A stretch of 64,000 nt of DNA from the human T2T-CHM13v2.0 reference genome, Homo sapiens: NCBI RefSeq assembly GCF_009914755.1, contig NC_060947.1, one strand, 5' to 3'. Numbering within the stretch: the first letter of the stretch is position 1; every line of letters begins with the position of its first letter. A program made the translations under genes and the position numbers. Under the pieces are notes generated by a model that saw only the letters and a list, made by a program, of their open reading frames with translations, did no database searches and had not been told where the DNA came from. Positions 1 to 13,613 of the stretch are shown here, in pieces.

Positions 1-951
1 AACCTATATCTGTAATGAAGAAATCTGGGTCCAGGAAAGGAAAGGAATGGAATTTGCTCAAGAGAAACTGTCTCCAAAGAATTAGTTTCTAACTTTCTGG
101 ACATGTATGTTTTTCTAAATGTACAATTGGTGTCTCACGTTCAGCCAGTTCCAATTGCCTAAATGTCACATATAGGCTGGAAAAAATATGCATGTATCTG
201 AGCAAGGCTTTTTTGCAAGACTTGCTAGAGAATTGGAAGGATGAAAAAGTAAATCTGAGTGCAGTTGTCAGCATTAAAGACACTTTGGCTTCAGGCAATG
301 CCAGAGAATTGAGCAGGAAAGACTTGGCCTGAGACTTACCATCTTATATTGAATGTGCGTCTGGTTATTAATATGATGCCTCAGTTCTCCCAGTGACTCC
401 AGGACCTAGGGCCAAATTTCAAAGTCAGATGGATATTTTATCAGTGACAACTTGCACAGATATAGCGGGAAATAACCGAGAAAGGCTAATTTCTAGAATT
501 TTATAGGTGAGAAAAGGCATAAAACATTACTTTATCTATAGGCTGAAGCTCTGAACAAAAAGAAAATTTCTGGACAGCAAAAGTTTGGCAAATTGTACTC
601 TATTTACTGGAATTTAGACACTTAGATATCAAAAGTATTACCCCCTTCCACTTTTTTTTGGAGGGGGGCAAGCTGGCTATTGCCCAAAATAAGAGAGCAT
701 GATTTAGTGTATTACAGTTGCCTAGGCTCTTCTGAATGTGGAAACTGGATTTGAAATTTTTAATGTGTTAAAATGCTCTTTGAAACTCTCTCCAAAAAGT
801 ATTTTCTACATCAGAAAAGTAAGCTGCACTTGGAAAAAAAAGAAAATTAGTTATAGGCTATATTATTTGGTGTATGGTAAAAGCTACAAAGTCATTATAT
901 AGGCACTGTAAGTTTCTCTGGGTTAGAACGGCTACTTCTACTCACAGAATT

Positions 952-1050
952 AAAAGAAGAAGGAGAAAGAGGAAGAGGAGAAGCAGGAGGAAGAGGATGG
1001 GGAAGAGGAGGAGGAAGAGGAAAAGAAGAAGAAGAGGAGGAGGAGGAAAG
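952..1050 (+). repeat. Purine-rich (AGG/AAG)n low-complexity tract
   Basis: About 100 bp of almost pure A/G; source of the Arg/Lys run in ORF 874..1116. Confidence 0.9.
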
Positions 1051-1249
1051 AACATAGCACAAGAATATTTCACATGGAAAGAAAAATATAAGAAAACTGA
1101 ACCTTGGGGAAATTAGAAATTTATATTGAAAATTATTTCTCTTTAAATGGTCTTAATGGAAATAAAATGAAACTTCTCTTTTTAGGAAAATGGCATTTAT
1201 TATTAATGGGCAGTTTCATAGAGTTCTTTTTATATTTATTTCCCTTTTT

Positions 1250-2955
1250 AAATTATACTTTAAGTTCTGGGATACATGTGCAGAACGTGCAAGTTTGTTA
1301 CATAGGTATACACGTGCCATGGTGGTTTGCTGCACCCATCAACCCGTCATCTACGTTAGGTATTTCTCCTAATGCTATCCTGCCCTTTGCCCTCCACCCC
1401 CTGACAGGCCCCGGTGTGTGCTGTTCCCCTCTCTGTGTCCATGTGTTCTCATTGTTCAACTCCCACTTATGAGTGAGAACATGCAGTGTTTGGTTTTCTG
1501 TTCCTGTGTTACTTTGCTGAGAATGATGATTTCCAGCTTCATCCATGTCCCTGAAAAGAACATGAACTCATTCTTTTTTTATGGCTGCATAGTATTCCAT
1601 GGTGTCTATGTGCCACATTTTCTTTATCCAGTCTGTCATTAATGGGCATTTGGGTTAGTTCCTAGTCTTTGCTATTGTAAATGTGCTGCATAAACATATG
1701 TGTGCGTGTGTCTTTGTAGTAGAATGATTTATAATCCTTTGGGTATATACCCAGTAATGGGATTACTGGGTCAAATGGTATTTCTAGTTCTAGATCCTTG
1801 AGGAATCACCACACTGTCTTCCACAATGGTTGAACTAATTTACACTCCCACAGTGTAAAAGCTTCTTATTTCTCCACATCCTCTCCAGCATCTGTTGATT
1901 CCTGACTTTTTAATGATCGCCATTCTAACTGACATGAGATGATATCTCATTGTGGTTTTGATTTGCATTTCTCTAATGACCAGTGATGATGAGCTTTTTT
2001 TCATATGTTTGTTGGCCACATAAATGTCTTCTTTTGAGAAATGTCTGTTCATGTCCTTCGCCCACTTTTTCATGGAGTTGTTTTTTTCTTGTAAATTTGT
2101 TTAAGTTACTTATAGATTCTGGATATTAGCCCTTTGTCAGATGGATAGATTGCAAAAATTTTCTCCCATTCTGTAGGTTGTCGGTTCACTCTGATGATAG
2201 TTTCTTTTGCTGTGCAGAAACTCTTTAGTCTAATAGATCCTGTTTGTCAATTTTGACTTATGTTGCAATTGCTTTTGGTGTTTTAGTCATGAAGTCTTTG
2301 CCCATGCCTATGTCCTGATTGGTCTTGCCTAGGTTTTTCTAGGGTTCTTATAGTTTTAGGTCTTACAGTTAAGTCCTTAATCCATCTTGAGTTAATTTTT
2401 GAATAAGGTGTAAGGAAGGGGTCCAGTTTCAGTTTTCTGCCTATGGCTAGCCAGTTTTCCCAACCTCATTTATTAAAAAGGGAATCCTTTCCCCATTGCT
2501 TGTTTTTGTCAGGTTTGTCAAAGATCGGATTATTGTAGATGTGTGGTGTTATTTCTGAGGACTCTGTTCTGTTCCATTGGTCTATATATCTGTTTTGGTA
2601 CCAGTACCATGCTGTTTTGGTTACTGTAGCCTTGTAGTATAGTTTGAAGTCAGGTAACGTGATACCTCCAGCTTTGTTCTTTTTGCTTAGGATTGTCTTG
2701 GCTATATGGGCTCTTTTTTGGTTCCATATGAAATTTAAAGTAGTGTTTTCTAGTTCTGTGAAGAAAGTCAATGGTAGCTTGATGGGAATAGCAGTGAATC
2801 TATAAATTACTTTGGGCAGTATGACTATTTTCGCGACATTGCTTCTTCCTGTCCATGAGCATGAAATATTTTTCCATTTGTTTGTGTCCTCTCTTATTTC
2901 CTTGAGCAGTGGTTTGTAGTTTTCCTTGGAGAGGTCCTTCACATCTCTAGTAAGT
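1250..2955 (-). mobile_element. 5'-truncated LINE-1 (about L1PA7-8), 3' 1.7 kb
   Basis: Canonical L1PA 3' end (ttatactttaagttctgggatacatgtgcag) running into ORF2; TSD tatttcccttttt at 1237-1249 and 2955-2967. Confidence 0.95.
2466..2942 (-). pseudogene. L1 ORF2p C-terminal remnant
   Basis: Translation [21 protein letters not shown]...[17 protein letters not shown]...WGKDSLFNK is L1 ORF2; it continues broken at 1840..2073. Confidence 0.9.
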
Positions 2956-3440
2956 ATTTCCCTTTTTTATAATACTGAATTACCAAAATGTCTATTGCTC
3001 ATTTTAAGAGCAGTAGTTTGTTTTAAGATATGGGATAAATATTCTTTGGAGATAAACCTGTATATTTCTGCAAATATTTCTTCCTGAAATGTAGACTAAG
3101 ATATCACAAAGCACAGATTTTAAAGCACACTTTGGCTTTGATGCTTACAGAATCCTACATTTTTGAAGCCCAAAATATTCCGATAAATCAAGGCATTCAC
3201 ACAATGCAATCATTCTCTCTGTGGCGTTCCCAATAAATGAAATGTACTGAAACTTTTAAATGAGGTGGATGCTCACAAAACAGTTGCTAGGGTTTTGTTG
3301 TAACTGTTGATCTGGATAAAATTTTAAACTGACAGTAAGAGTGGCAAGAACAGTATGGGGAAACGCTACATGCTTTTCTGCAGATTTGTCCATGTCTATA
3401 TTTTGTCTGGGTTGTTTTATAATTCATTCTCTCTCTGCAC

Positions 3441-3442
<2 letters not shown>

Positions 3443-3484
<42 letters not shown>
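3443..3484 (+). repeat. (CA)21 microsatellite in an old L1MC-like remnant
   Basis: Perfect CA run; flank ...accatctgagaataag...cctaaatatttcag resembles the L1MC4/5 3' end. Confidence 0.9.
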
Positions 3485-3488
<4 letters not shown>

Positions 3489-3924
3489 ATTTCTTCACAA
3501 CCATCTGAGAATAAGTCAGATAATTGTACCCTTCTACTCCTAAATATTTCAGATTTCTTTAAAAAAAATAAGAACGTTCTTTTAAAAAACCAAATACTTG
3601 AAATCAGAATATTTCACACTTGTACAATGTTAAAAAAAGATGTATGCTTGTAGTAAGACATGAATAAACCACAGAACTTCAGTGTTTCAGATGAAATCTA
3701 CTGACCACAAATGTTTCTAAAATTCAACCCTAAGCCTGGATGCTCTCAGCTAGATGTTCTGGGCTTGGAAGTCTCTTCATGATGACACTGAAGAATGCAC
3801 CAGGGTCTTGGTGCATCTCTGTTCCCCTGATCCACTCCTAGGAATAGCAATATACGTGTTCCCTGACCTCAGTTCAGGCTAAAGATGATGTCTTAATCAT
3901 TCTTTAGCCCTGTTCAGCCTGAAT

Positions 3925-4400
<476 letters not shown>

Positions 4401-4565
4401 ATGGGTATCCCCAACAATAGTTCCAGGGAGACAATGGAAACGATTCTACCATGAGTCTGGGTGAAAATCTTTCTCATGACAGGAAAACAAAATTGTCAGC
4501 TAGTGCTCCACAAAATATTGAGTTACAAATAATCTTAGATTAGTTGGTGGCTCCATCCTTGTCAC

Positions 4566-4822
4566 TTACCTCTCATTTATAAGTGAGAACATATAATATT
4601 TGGTTTTCCATTTTGGAGTTACCTCCCTTAGAATAATGGCCTCTGGCTCCATCCAAATTGCTCAATCAAAATTACATGATTTCATTCTTTTTTATGGGTG
4701 CTTAGTATTCCATGGTGTATGTATACCACATTTTCTTTATCCACTTGTTGGTCAATGGGCACTTAGGTTGGTTCCATATCTTTGAAATTGTAAATGTGTT
4801 GCTATAAACATGCATGTGCGTG
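4566..4822 (-). mobile_element. L1 (L1PB-like) 3' fragment
   Basis: ataagtgagaacat...ttagaataatggcc...cacttaggttggttccatatctttg. Confidence 0.85.
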
Positions 4823-6146
4823 TTGACAGACACATTTTATTTATCTCATTTTATTTTTTATAGATGATCCTGTCTTCATTTTTCCCTGCAGTTTTACAGA
4901 ATAATCCTGGAACAATTATCCACCCAAAAATCTTTCTGATTTTCCTTGGGATACTTACCTTAACAAGAGGGTTCATTCACTTAGCGCAGGTCAGCAAATG
5001 CCATGTTAGCTGCTTTTAGTAATTTAAGGGGATGTCATATCTCCCTCATCTTAGGGTTCAACAAATGTTGAATAAATAAGGTATCCCTTTGAATATTGCT
5101 TCTCTCATGGGTTACCTTAAATGCTATTGAACTCTGAATCTAGATTTAAATGCCATGATGGAATCACATAGGATATTTTTAATTTTCTTCCTTGTTTAAT
5201 GGATCGTTACAGAAAGCAGTATTTTATAATTAATGTAAAACTTTTATGTTTTTATCATTAGTAGGCTATTATTTTAGGTTCTGGGTTAATTCCATAGAAT
5301 TGGGGAAGGCTTAATTGGTGATCAGAGGTATGTAAGTATATTGAGACATGATTTATCATAGAAGAAATGGAAGAGAATAATAAGATAATGAGGCAGACAC
5401 TGTTGTAATTATAAGGAATTTTTTTATGTAAGCAGGGAGAACTTTAATTATAGATCATTAGTAGCATGAAAAATATAACTCTTTAGGTTTTCCAAGACTC
5501 TAATTTCATAATAAACAGGCTTAGTTAATTTCCCATGGGAATGTTTTCAGTGGAGTGACAAAGCGTGCACAAAACAGATGATTTGAAATTTGTGTTTAAA
5601 AACAAGGGAGTTGGTCACCTTAAAAATTATTTTTCATACCTAATTGCCATTCAATTTGATTTCTAAATTATGTGTTGAGTTTCACTATAGCCTCAGTACT
5701 CTTTGATGTCTTATGGAGTGAACAATAAGATTCTGATCTGCCATTAAAAGGAGTAAAATATGAGCAGAAGCATTACTTAAATAACTGAGCAACACAATGT
5801 ATGTTTATGTGATAATTGAATGCTGCAAATATATGTATTTGCATGAGGAAGAGATGATCTGGCCTAATGTTTTCAGCAAAGGCCTGAGAATAACACAAGA
5901 AAATATGTCTGAGCACCAAGTTGAGTTAAAAAGTGAATACAGTGCAGGAAACACAGTGGAAAATAAAGCCTGAAGGTGTCCATGGTTAGCTTCTAGTGAA
6001 GGTTTATGCCAGGGTGACCCTGGGCACATGAAGAAGGATTTTAGGAGAAGTTCTATGATGGTCATGGCTTCAATTTAGGAAGGCTGTCATTGTAAGCTTT
6101 GTGAGTATGAGATGGACATAATTTATATTAGTAAGGCTATATACAT

Positions 6147-6413
6147 GGGTGGAAGAAAGAGAGAGTGGAAAGAGAAAGAGAGGGAGAAAGAAAGAGGGAA
6201 GATAGGAGGGTGGGAGGAAGAAAGAGGGAGGAAGATAGGAGAGGGAGAGAGAGCAGAGAGGAGAACAGGGGCAGGGGGAGAGGGAGTGACAGAGGGAAGA
6301 AGGTAACGAGAATGAGAGAGAGGAAAGAAAGAAAAAAAAAGAGAAAGAAGAATGAAGGGAGGGTGGGAGGAAGAGAGGGAGGGAGGAACAAAGGGATAGA
6401 GGGAGAGAGAGAG
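6147..6413 (+). repeat. GA-rich polypurine tract
   Basis: About 265 bp of degenerate GAGA/GGAA; explains the overlapping Ser/Leu- and Arg/Glu-rich ORFs. Confidence 0.9.
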
Positions 6414-6778
6414 AAATATGTCCACTTGAGAAAGTAAAGGTAGAGAATGGTGTTGCTGAGTTATTAAACATCTTAAGGATCAAAGTAATGCAAAGGTAGA
6501 AAAACAGCAGCAATACTGCCATTTCTAAGGCAGGGATTGCTGAGTACCCAGACAATAGAACAGCAGCAAGAGGATGCCCCCAAAATATTATAGCTTTAGA
6601 ATCATAGGTTCATGGGATGTTAGACCCAATGTTAGCACTTCTCAATTTAAGAACAGATAAAACAAAGAGACAAAATCAATGGCAAAGAAAAATTAGCATT
6701 TACAGGAAATGATTTTATTAAGTGATGGTTGGTTGGGATTCTGTTGAGGGCTTCAAACTTTGCCAGAGCTGACTGCTA

Positions 6779-6922
6779 AGGCATGGACACATCTCCTAGT
6801 TACATGAGCCTTGGTAGATCTATTTAATGCTGTAGAAATTCTCAGCTATGATGACAGTGATGAGGATGATGATGGAATTAAACTGAAGAAATCAAACCTC
6901 AACCGTGAGTGTGGTTTCCAAA
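6779..6922 (+). repeat. Arm A of a 144-bp inverted duplication (partner 8191-8334)
   Basis: Ungapped manual alignment to the reverse complement of 8191-8334: 16 mismatches in 144 nt (about 89%). Confidence 0.95.
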
Positions 6923-7350
6923 ACAATGAGTCAATATTTATGGATTGGCATCAAGAAGTTTTTTTTTCCCCAAGTTCTTCAGGTAATTAATCCACCTTGC
7001 TAGGATGACATGGCTCCCTGTTTTCTTAAAAGTTGTGCTGGTAAGCATAAAATTAATGTAAAGGAGGAAAATATATTTATTACTTTTATTTGCAGTTGCA
7101 CCAATACCTTTGACTCCTAAGGCCAATGAATTACTTCTATTTTTTTTTTTTTACAAGTTGAAGGAGTCAGATTGTTAAATATGGGGGCATGAATGAGCAG
7201 TTCTTGCATACTTTCTGGGTTAATAAGAAGTTGTGGGCTTCTATTATTAGGTTTACAAGCCAATGTTTTGGTTAAATTATATCTACATTATATGAACCCC
7301 AAAATAATTTTGGGGTTTAGTGACAGGAAGAGGAGGGGTCACTTACCCCT

Positions 7351-7455
7351 TATCCATCTATCCATATATAGATGATAGATAATATATAGATATATAAATT
7401 ATAGATAGATGATAGATTGATACATAGTAGATTGATGATACTAAAGATAGATAGA
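7351..7455 (+). repeat. Degenerate (GATA)n tract
   Basis: gatgatagat/atagatagat repeats preceded by a short TATC stretch. Confidence 0.8.
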
Positions 7456-8065
7456 TTACTTAGGGTGCCACAGATTTGTGACTGTTGATTCATTCATACT
7501 TGACTGTTCAGTCATTTTCCATATCCTCATCACGATACTTATTCTTGTTTTTGTTGCAACCCATAATTATGGGAGAGGCCTCCCAAACCATCTGGGCTGC
7601 AGCACGCATATGTGTGCTATATTCAATGAGATTTCTCTCCTGTTCAGAAAAGCCTGGGAGAAAGCACATGAGTGGGAATGGCATAATGAGGGATAAAACC
7701 TGAAGCCCACTTGAATTTATTGAAACAAATTTTTTCACAGAATTTGACATTTCCTGATTAGTAACAAGCTATTTCCAGCCAACCTCAGAAGTGGTCATAT
7801 CACTTCTCTGCATCTTGACATTCATTTATAATCAGCCAAGTGATGATGTCTGTGACTTGGTGGAACTCATGATGAGAGAATCATTCCCCTTCTCTGTACT
7901 CCCCTCAAAACTCCTTGATTTACTGACTCATTGAATCCTTGCATTATCTACTGTTAAAATACCACTTACACATATGAGTAAAAAAGGAAAAGTCTACACA
8001 AAGTAAAGATAGTATTAGGAATGTTGCATTAGACAGAGTTTTTCAGAGAAACAGAACCAATAGGA

Positions 8066-8689
8066 GATGGATAGTTAGATAGATAGATAGATAGATAGAT
8101 AAATAGATAGGTGATAGACAAATAGATAGATGATGAATAAATTCAATAGATGAATGGATATAATATATAATAAATAGATAAATAATATTCTTTGAAAACC
8201 ATACTCATGGCTGAGGTTTAATTTCTTCACTCCAATTCCATCATCGTCCTCATCACTGTCATCATAACTGACAATATCTATAGCATTAAGTAGATATATC
8301 AAGGCTCATGTAACTAGGAGATGTGTCCATGCCTAGGAGATAATAGATGATAGATAGATAGATGATAGATGTTAAATAGATAAAAAATGGGTTGTTGGCT
8401 GGATAGATATGGTTGTTGGCTGGATGGATATGGATAAAAAATGGTTGTTGTCTGGATAGATAGATAGATAATAGACAATAGATAATAAATGGATGCATAA
8501 TAGATAGATGATAGATACATAGATAACGGTTAGATAATCGATAATAGATAGATTGATAGATGACACACGGGTGATAGATATTAGATGATAGACAGGGTGA
8601 GAGGATGATAGATGGATAGATATCTTCTTTATACATCAAGGAATATCTCTATCTCTGTTATATCCATCTATGTCTCTATCATCTGTCTG

Positions 8690-8731
<42 letters not shown>

Positions 8732-8780
8732 ATCTATCTTGTTTTCTATCTATTTCTTAACCATGTGTCTGTCTATCTAT
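8066..8780. repeat. Complex GATA/TATC microsatellite with a polarity switch near 8620-8650
   Basis: GATA-type sequence 8066-8620, TCTA-type 8650-8780 including about 10 perfect TCTA units. Confidence 0.9.
8191..8334 (-). repeat. Arm B of the 144-bp inverted duplication, inserted in the GATA tract
   Basis: Reverse complement of 6779-6922 at about 89% identity; GATA repeats on both sides. Confidence 0.95.
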
Positions 8781-9678
8781 CTGTCGAGGGATATTATGAG
8801 GAATGAGCTCAAGAGATTATGAAGGCTGAGTAGTCCCATGATGTTTGTCTGGAAGCTGAAGACCCAGAGATAAGATGAACTGTCCCAGCTCCAACAGTGA
8901 GACCAGAAAAAATGGGGGCAAGTTTCTCTTTCTTCTCTACCTTTTTGTTCTATTCAGGCACTCGGTGGATTTAATAATGCCTGCTCACTTTGGGGAGGAC
9001 AGTCAGCTTTGCTGAGCTCACAAATTCAGATGCGTATCACATCTGGAAACACTCTCACAGACACACCCAGAAATAATGTTTCATATCGACACCACCTAGT
9101 CCAGTCAAGTAAACAGATAAAATTCACCAAAACCAATGTGAAGATGTATATACATACACATGTAGACAGTATAAATATGTAAAGACAATATATTGCTTTG
9201 CAAAGAAATTCTGCCTTGTTCCTCAGAACATTCCTATAATGAACATAGGAGAGTTGGTTTCATTGCATAGATGGGTAAGCTGAAACAAGAGTTTCATACC
9301 TAAAGTCAATGAGTAAGTAGACTTCTAATTCGACATTTGTTGTTGATTAATTTATCTTTCCAGAAATTTGGTGTTTGTTTTAAATGATGATGCATCTGTG
9401 TTGATGAATGTTCAGACTTCTACAGTTGCACATCTGAACAAGTGTGGTATATACGAGCATCTATCACTGAGTTAAGTGTATAATCAATCACTGCCAATGA
9501 CCATTGCTTATATGGCAATTCTAGTTATAAAGATTCTGTGAAGGCAATGTGGAAACAGAAAAAAACTAAACCTGGAGCTAGAAAGAGCCATTGTCATTGG
9601 TTGGCCCAAGCCTCCTATTTTATAGAGGAAAATGAGGCTTGGATAGATGAATGGATAGAATATATAATAGATGGATAG

Positions 9679-10089
<411 letters not shown>

Positions 10090-10108
10090 TGGCCTTGATC
10101 TTGGTCCA

Positions 10109-11226
10109 TGTAGTTGGCTGAACGATGGCTCCCCAGAATATATCCACATCTTGGAACTTGGGAACAGGGCCTTATATTTGGAAAAAGGGTCTTTGCAGAT
10201 ATAATTAAGATAAGGATCTCAAGATGAGATCATCCTGGAGGAGGAAGGGCCCTAAATGCAATGACAGGTATCCTTCTAAGAGACAGAAAAGGAGACACAG
10301 ACACAGAGGAGAAGGCCACGTGGAGACAGACAGAGACTGAAATGATGCCTCCACAAGCCCAGGGATGCCTGGAGCCACCAGGAGCTGGGAGAGGCAGGAA
10401 GGATTCCTCCCTAGAGCCTCCAGAGAGAACTGGATACAATCGTAAGAGATTGAATGGTGACCTCCAAAAGATGGGTTCACATCTAAACCGCAGAATCTGT
10501 GCATGGGACCTTATTTGGAAATAGAGTCTTTGCAGATATAATTAGTTAAGGCTCTCGAGATGAGATTATCTTGGAGGAAGGAAGGCCCTAAATGCAAGAA
10601 GTATCCTTCTCAAAGACAGAAGAGGATATGCAGACACAGAGGAGAAGGCCAGGTGGAGACAGAGACAGAGACTGGAGTGTTACAGCTACAAGCCCAGGGA
10701 TGCCTGGAACCACCAGGAGCTGGGAGAGGCAGGAAGGATCCTCCCCTAGAGCCACAAGAAGGAAGTGGACACAACTTTAATGGATTGAACTGTGGCTCCC
10801 AAAGGAACTGTGGATGTCCTCATCCCCAGAACCAGTGAATGGGATCTTATTTGAAAACAACATGTTTGCAGATGTAGCTAAGGGAAGGATCTTGAGATGA
10901 GATCATCCTGAATTATTCATGTAGGTCATAAATCCAGTGAAAATTATTCTTATAAGAGACAGAAGAGGAGACACAGACGCAGAGGAGAAGGCCATCTCCA
11001 TGGAGATGGAGGCAGACACTGGAGTGATGCAGCCACAAGCCCAGGGATTCCTGGAGCCATCAGGAGCTGGGAGAGGCAAGAAAGGTCCTCCCCTGGAACC
11101 CCTGGAGGGAGTGTGGCCCTGCCGACATCTTCATTTCAGACTTCTGGACGCCAGAATTGGGAGAAAATCCATCTCTTTTGTTATAAGCCCCCTACTTTTT
11201 TTCAGCAAACCCAGGAAACCAATACA
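10109..11226 (+). mobile_element. Tandem array of three MLT1C-like (MaLR) LTR units
   Basis: Units at about 10109-10440, 10441-10775 and 10776-11226, each with ...caagcccagggatgcctggagccaccaggagctgggagaggcaggaagg; only the last has the LTR 3' end (ggaaaccaataca). Confidence 0.9.
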
Positions 11227-12770
11227 GGCTATGTTAGGTTCTTTTATTTTACGTGGTTCCCAGAGTGATATACAATGCGTCTGCCCAGGTGACTTTCTCC
11301 CACCATGTGCCAGGCACTTGTGACACCTGTGATGATGTCCCTGAGTAACAGAGTCTTGAGGAAGGACTGTGCCCCAAAGCTGTGCCTAACTGTAATCTGT
11401 GATTTCTCAACTGTGCCCTTTGCAGATTGGTTGTGTGCTCTTGGGTTCAGACCATGGAACTTCCTGCAGAAGAAAGACATTTATTTAAACAAGTAAATTC
11501 AGGTCGATGTTTCTACATTTTCAGCCATAAGTTTGGCAGTTTGGAATCATCAATGTGATGTTGTGTTTTCTTAAAATGATAACGGAAATGCTCCAAGCAC
11601 TTAGCTTTTGAGATATGATAATGTGCTTTCCTGACTTTTCCAGTAGCCTGTTGCATTGTGGCTGGGACCTTTCATTTATTGCAAACCTGAGATTAAGACA
11701 TTAAAAAAAAAAACTTCTTGGAGGTAGGATATTACAGGGAATCTGCTGTTTGCTGCAAACTGCCTCTTTGAAATATGTTAGTGCAATCAAAATATAGCTG
11801 TTTGAAAAGGTCAGTAAGTCACCATTTTTCATAGGATATAGAAGACGTCAAAATTGTGAATTTTTTTCTTTTATTATGGAGGTGTCTAAACCATGACAAA
11901 GTTGGATAAATTAATTGCACCTTTTAAAACGATGGTTTAAAAATGCTAACTTTAAAATATAGAGGTTCAAGTCTTAACATCTCTACTAGTTTGGATTAGT
12001 TAAAAAACAAAGGTATCAAAGATACTTATAGGTATCTCATCAATAAATTTCTAATGTCAGTGTTTTTGAGACTTAAGTAATATACAGACTCCTTTTCTCA
12101 GTGGATAATTTTGGGGCAACTCTAGCAATAGATATTAAATAAGTACAAAAGATAAAACAGGAAAATAAGTTTAGGAATGTTCGATATGGGGACAAAAACC
12201 ACAAAATGCATGCCATAAAATGCCACACATTTGATAATCTGGTCCATACTCCAAGATATGAGCTTTTATAAGACACCCAACAAAGGAAATAAGAGGCTAT
12301 AAATATGCAGTACTTGTTCATGGCCTCCCTTGACCCTGAGGTATTTGAGGGACACTCCTCCTTGGATGTCATACATCTAAACCTGACTCTAAGGATAGCT
12401 AAGCATCATATAGATTAAGAGAAAGGTGTAAAAGGGATATGGGATAGATATTTATTGGGCTTCCATAATGTGTCAAGCATGTTGCACATATTAAGACCTT
12501 TTCTCATCCATATGTTATGGCATAAAACTATTCTTCTGATCTTACAGAACAAGTCTTAGAGGCTAGACCGCTGGTTCACAGGTTTACTTATCAAAGTTTA
12601 ACAGATAATGTCGTTTTCATTAAAAATAATTTAAATTGGTGCTCGAATCACCATTTCTCTAACTCCTGACCAAAACAGATTGTTAGTCTCTTTTCATTTG
12701 TTTTTGTCAGATAGGACAAAACAACAAGTCATTGCTTTGATATAATTTCCTTTCACTATTAAAAATGGTT

Positions 12771-13156
12771 GCATATTACCATGGAATACTACACAGCCAT
12801 AAAAAAGAAAGAGATCATGTCATTTGCATCAACATGGATGCAGCTGGAGGTCATTATCCTAAGTGAATTAGTGCAGGAACAGAAAACCAAACACTGCACA
12901 TTCTCATTTATAAGTGGGAGCTAATCATTGAGTACACATGGAAACAAAGATGAGAATATTAGACACCGGGGACTGCAAGAAATGGGACAGAGGGAGAAGG
13001 GTGAGGGCTGAAAAACCACCTATTGGGTACTATGCTCACTACCTTGGTAACGGGATTAATTGTACTCCAAACATTAGTGTCATGCAATATACTCATGTGA
13101 CAAACCTGCACATGTACCCTCCCTGAATCTAAAATAAAAGTTGAAATTATAAAAAG
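12771..13156 (+). mobile_element. L1 (L1PB-like) 3' end
   Basis: atggaatactacacagccataaaaaag...aacctgcacatgtaccc...aaaataaaagttg. Confidence 0.9.
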
Positions 13157-13558
13157 AAGCTGTATATTTCTTAGAAACCTATTTATTAGCCATTTCTTTG
13201 CTTATTGCTTTTATCTTTGTGCCTCTGACAAACTGACTCCAATCTGCCTTGTCCCATGCTTCTGAAAGGTTTTCATCTCAGTGTGTTTGTCATTCTGCAC
13301 TGCCACAAGTTCCCAGAAGAGCCTCCTCAGAGTGTGTGGGACAGTGTTAAACATGACGGTTAGAGTTCACTCTTGTCCACTGACAGACACCTGCCTACTT
13401 TTGCAGAATGACAGTCAGGTTTTGGACATGCCTGGACTCAATCACATGGCCTTGAGGATGCAGAACTCTTTCAAGCTGATCTAATTCCACTTAGAGGATA
13501 AATACTTGAAGATAGACCTGCTGATGGCTTTCTAAAAAGAGATTCTGACCTCTAACTA

Positions 13559-13613
13559 TTAGGTTGGTGCAAAAGTAATAGCGGCTTTTGCCATTACTTT
13601 TGCACCAACCTAA
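13559..13613. mobile_element. MADE1 (Hsmar1-derived MITE), internally deleted; miR-548-like hairpin
   Basis: ttaggttggtgcaaaagtaat ... attacttttgcaccaacctaa with TA on both sides. Confidence 0.95.

Larger units (their letters stand above)
8025..9134 (-). mobile_element. MLT2 (ERVL) solo LTR with an expanded internal GATA tract
   Basis: Starts tgcattagacagag...cagagaaacagaaccaatagga; ends cacacccagaaataatg...agtcaagt...aaaattcacc; probable TSD aatgt. Confidence 0.85.

Noticed and set aside
874-1116. Arg/Lys-rich, protamine-like ORF
   Set aside because: Read-through of a purine microsatellite; no splice or promoter support
6070-6555. 161-aa Ser/Leu/Phe/Pro-rich ORF and overlapping ORFs
   Set aside because: Stop-free frames created by a GA/TC low-complexity tract
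8075-8302. ORF with the acidic motif DDSDEDDDG, also encoded in 6779-6922
   Set aside because: Short GAT-rich stretch running into GATA repeats; no recognisable protein family or exon boundaries
11426-11492. Possible small exon (ccctttgcag ... gtaaat)
   Set aside because: Weak donor, no partner exons and no coding signal; cannot be supported without transcript data
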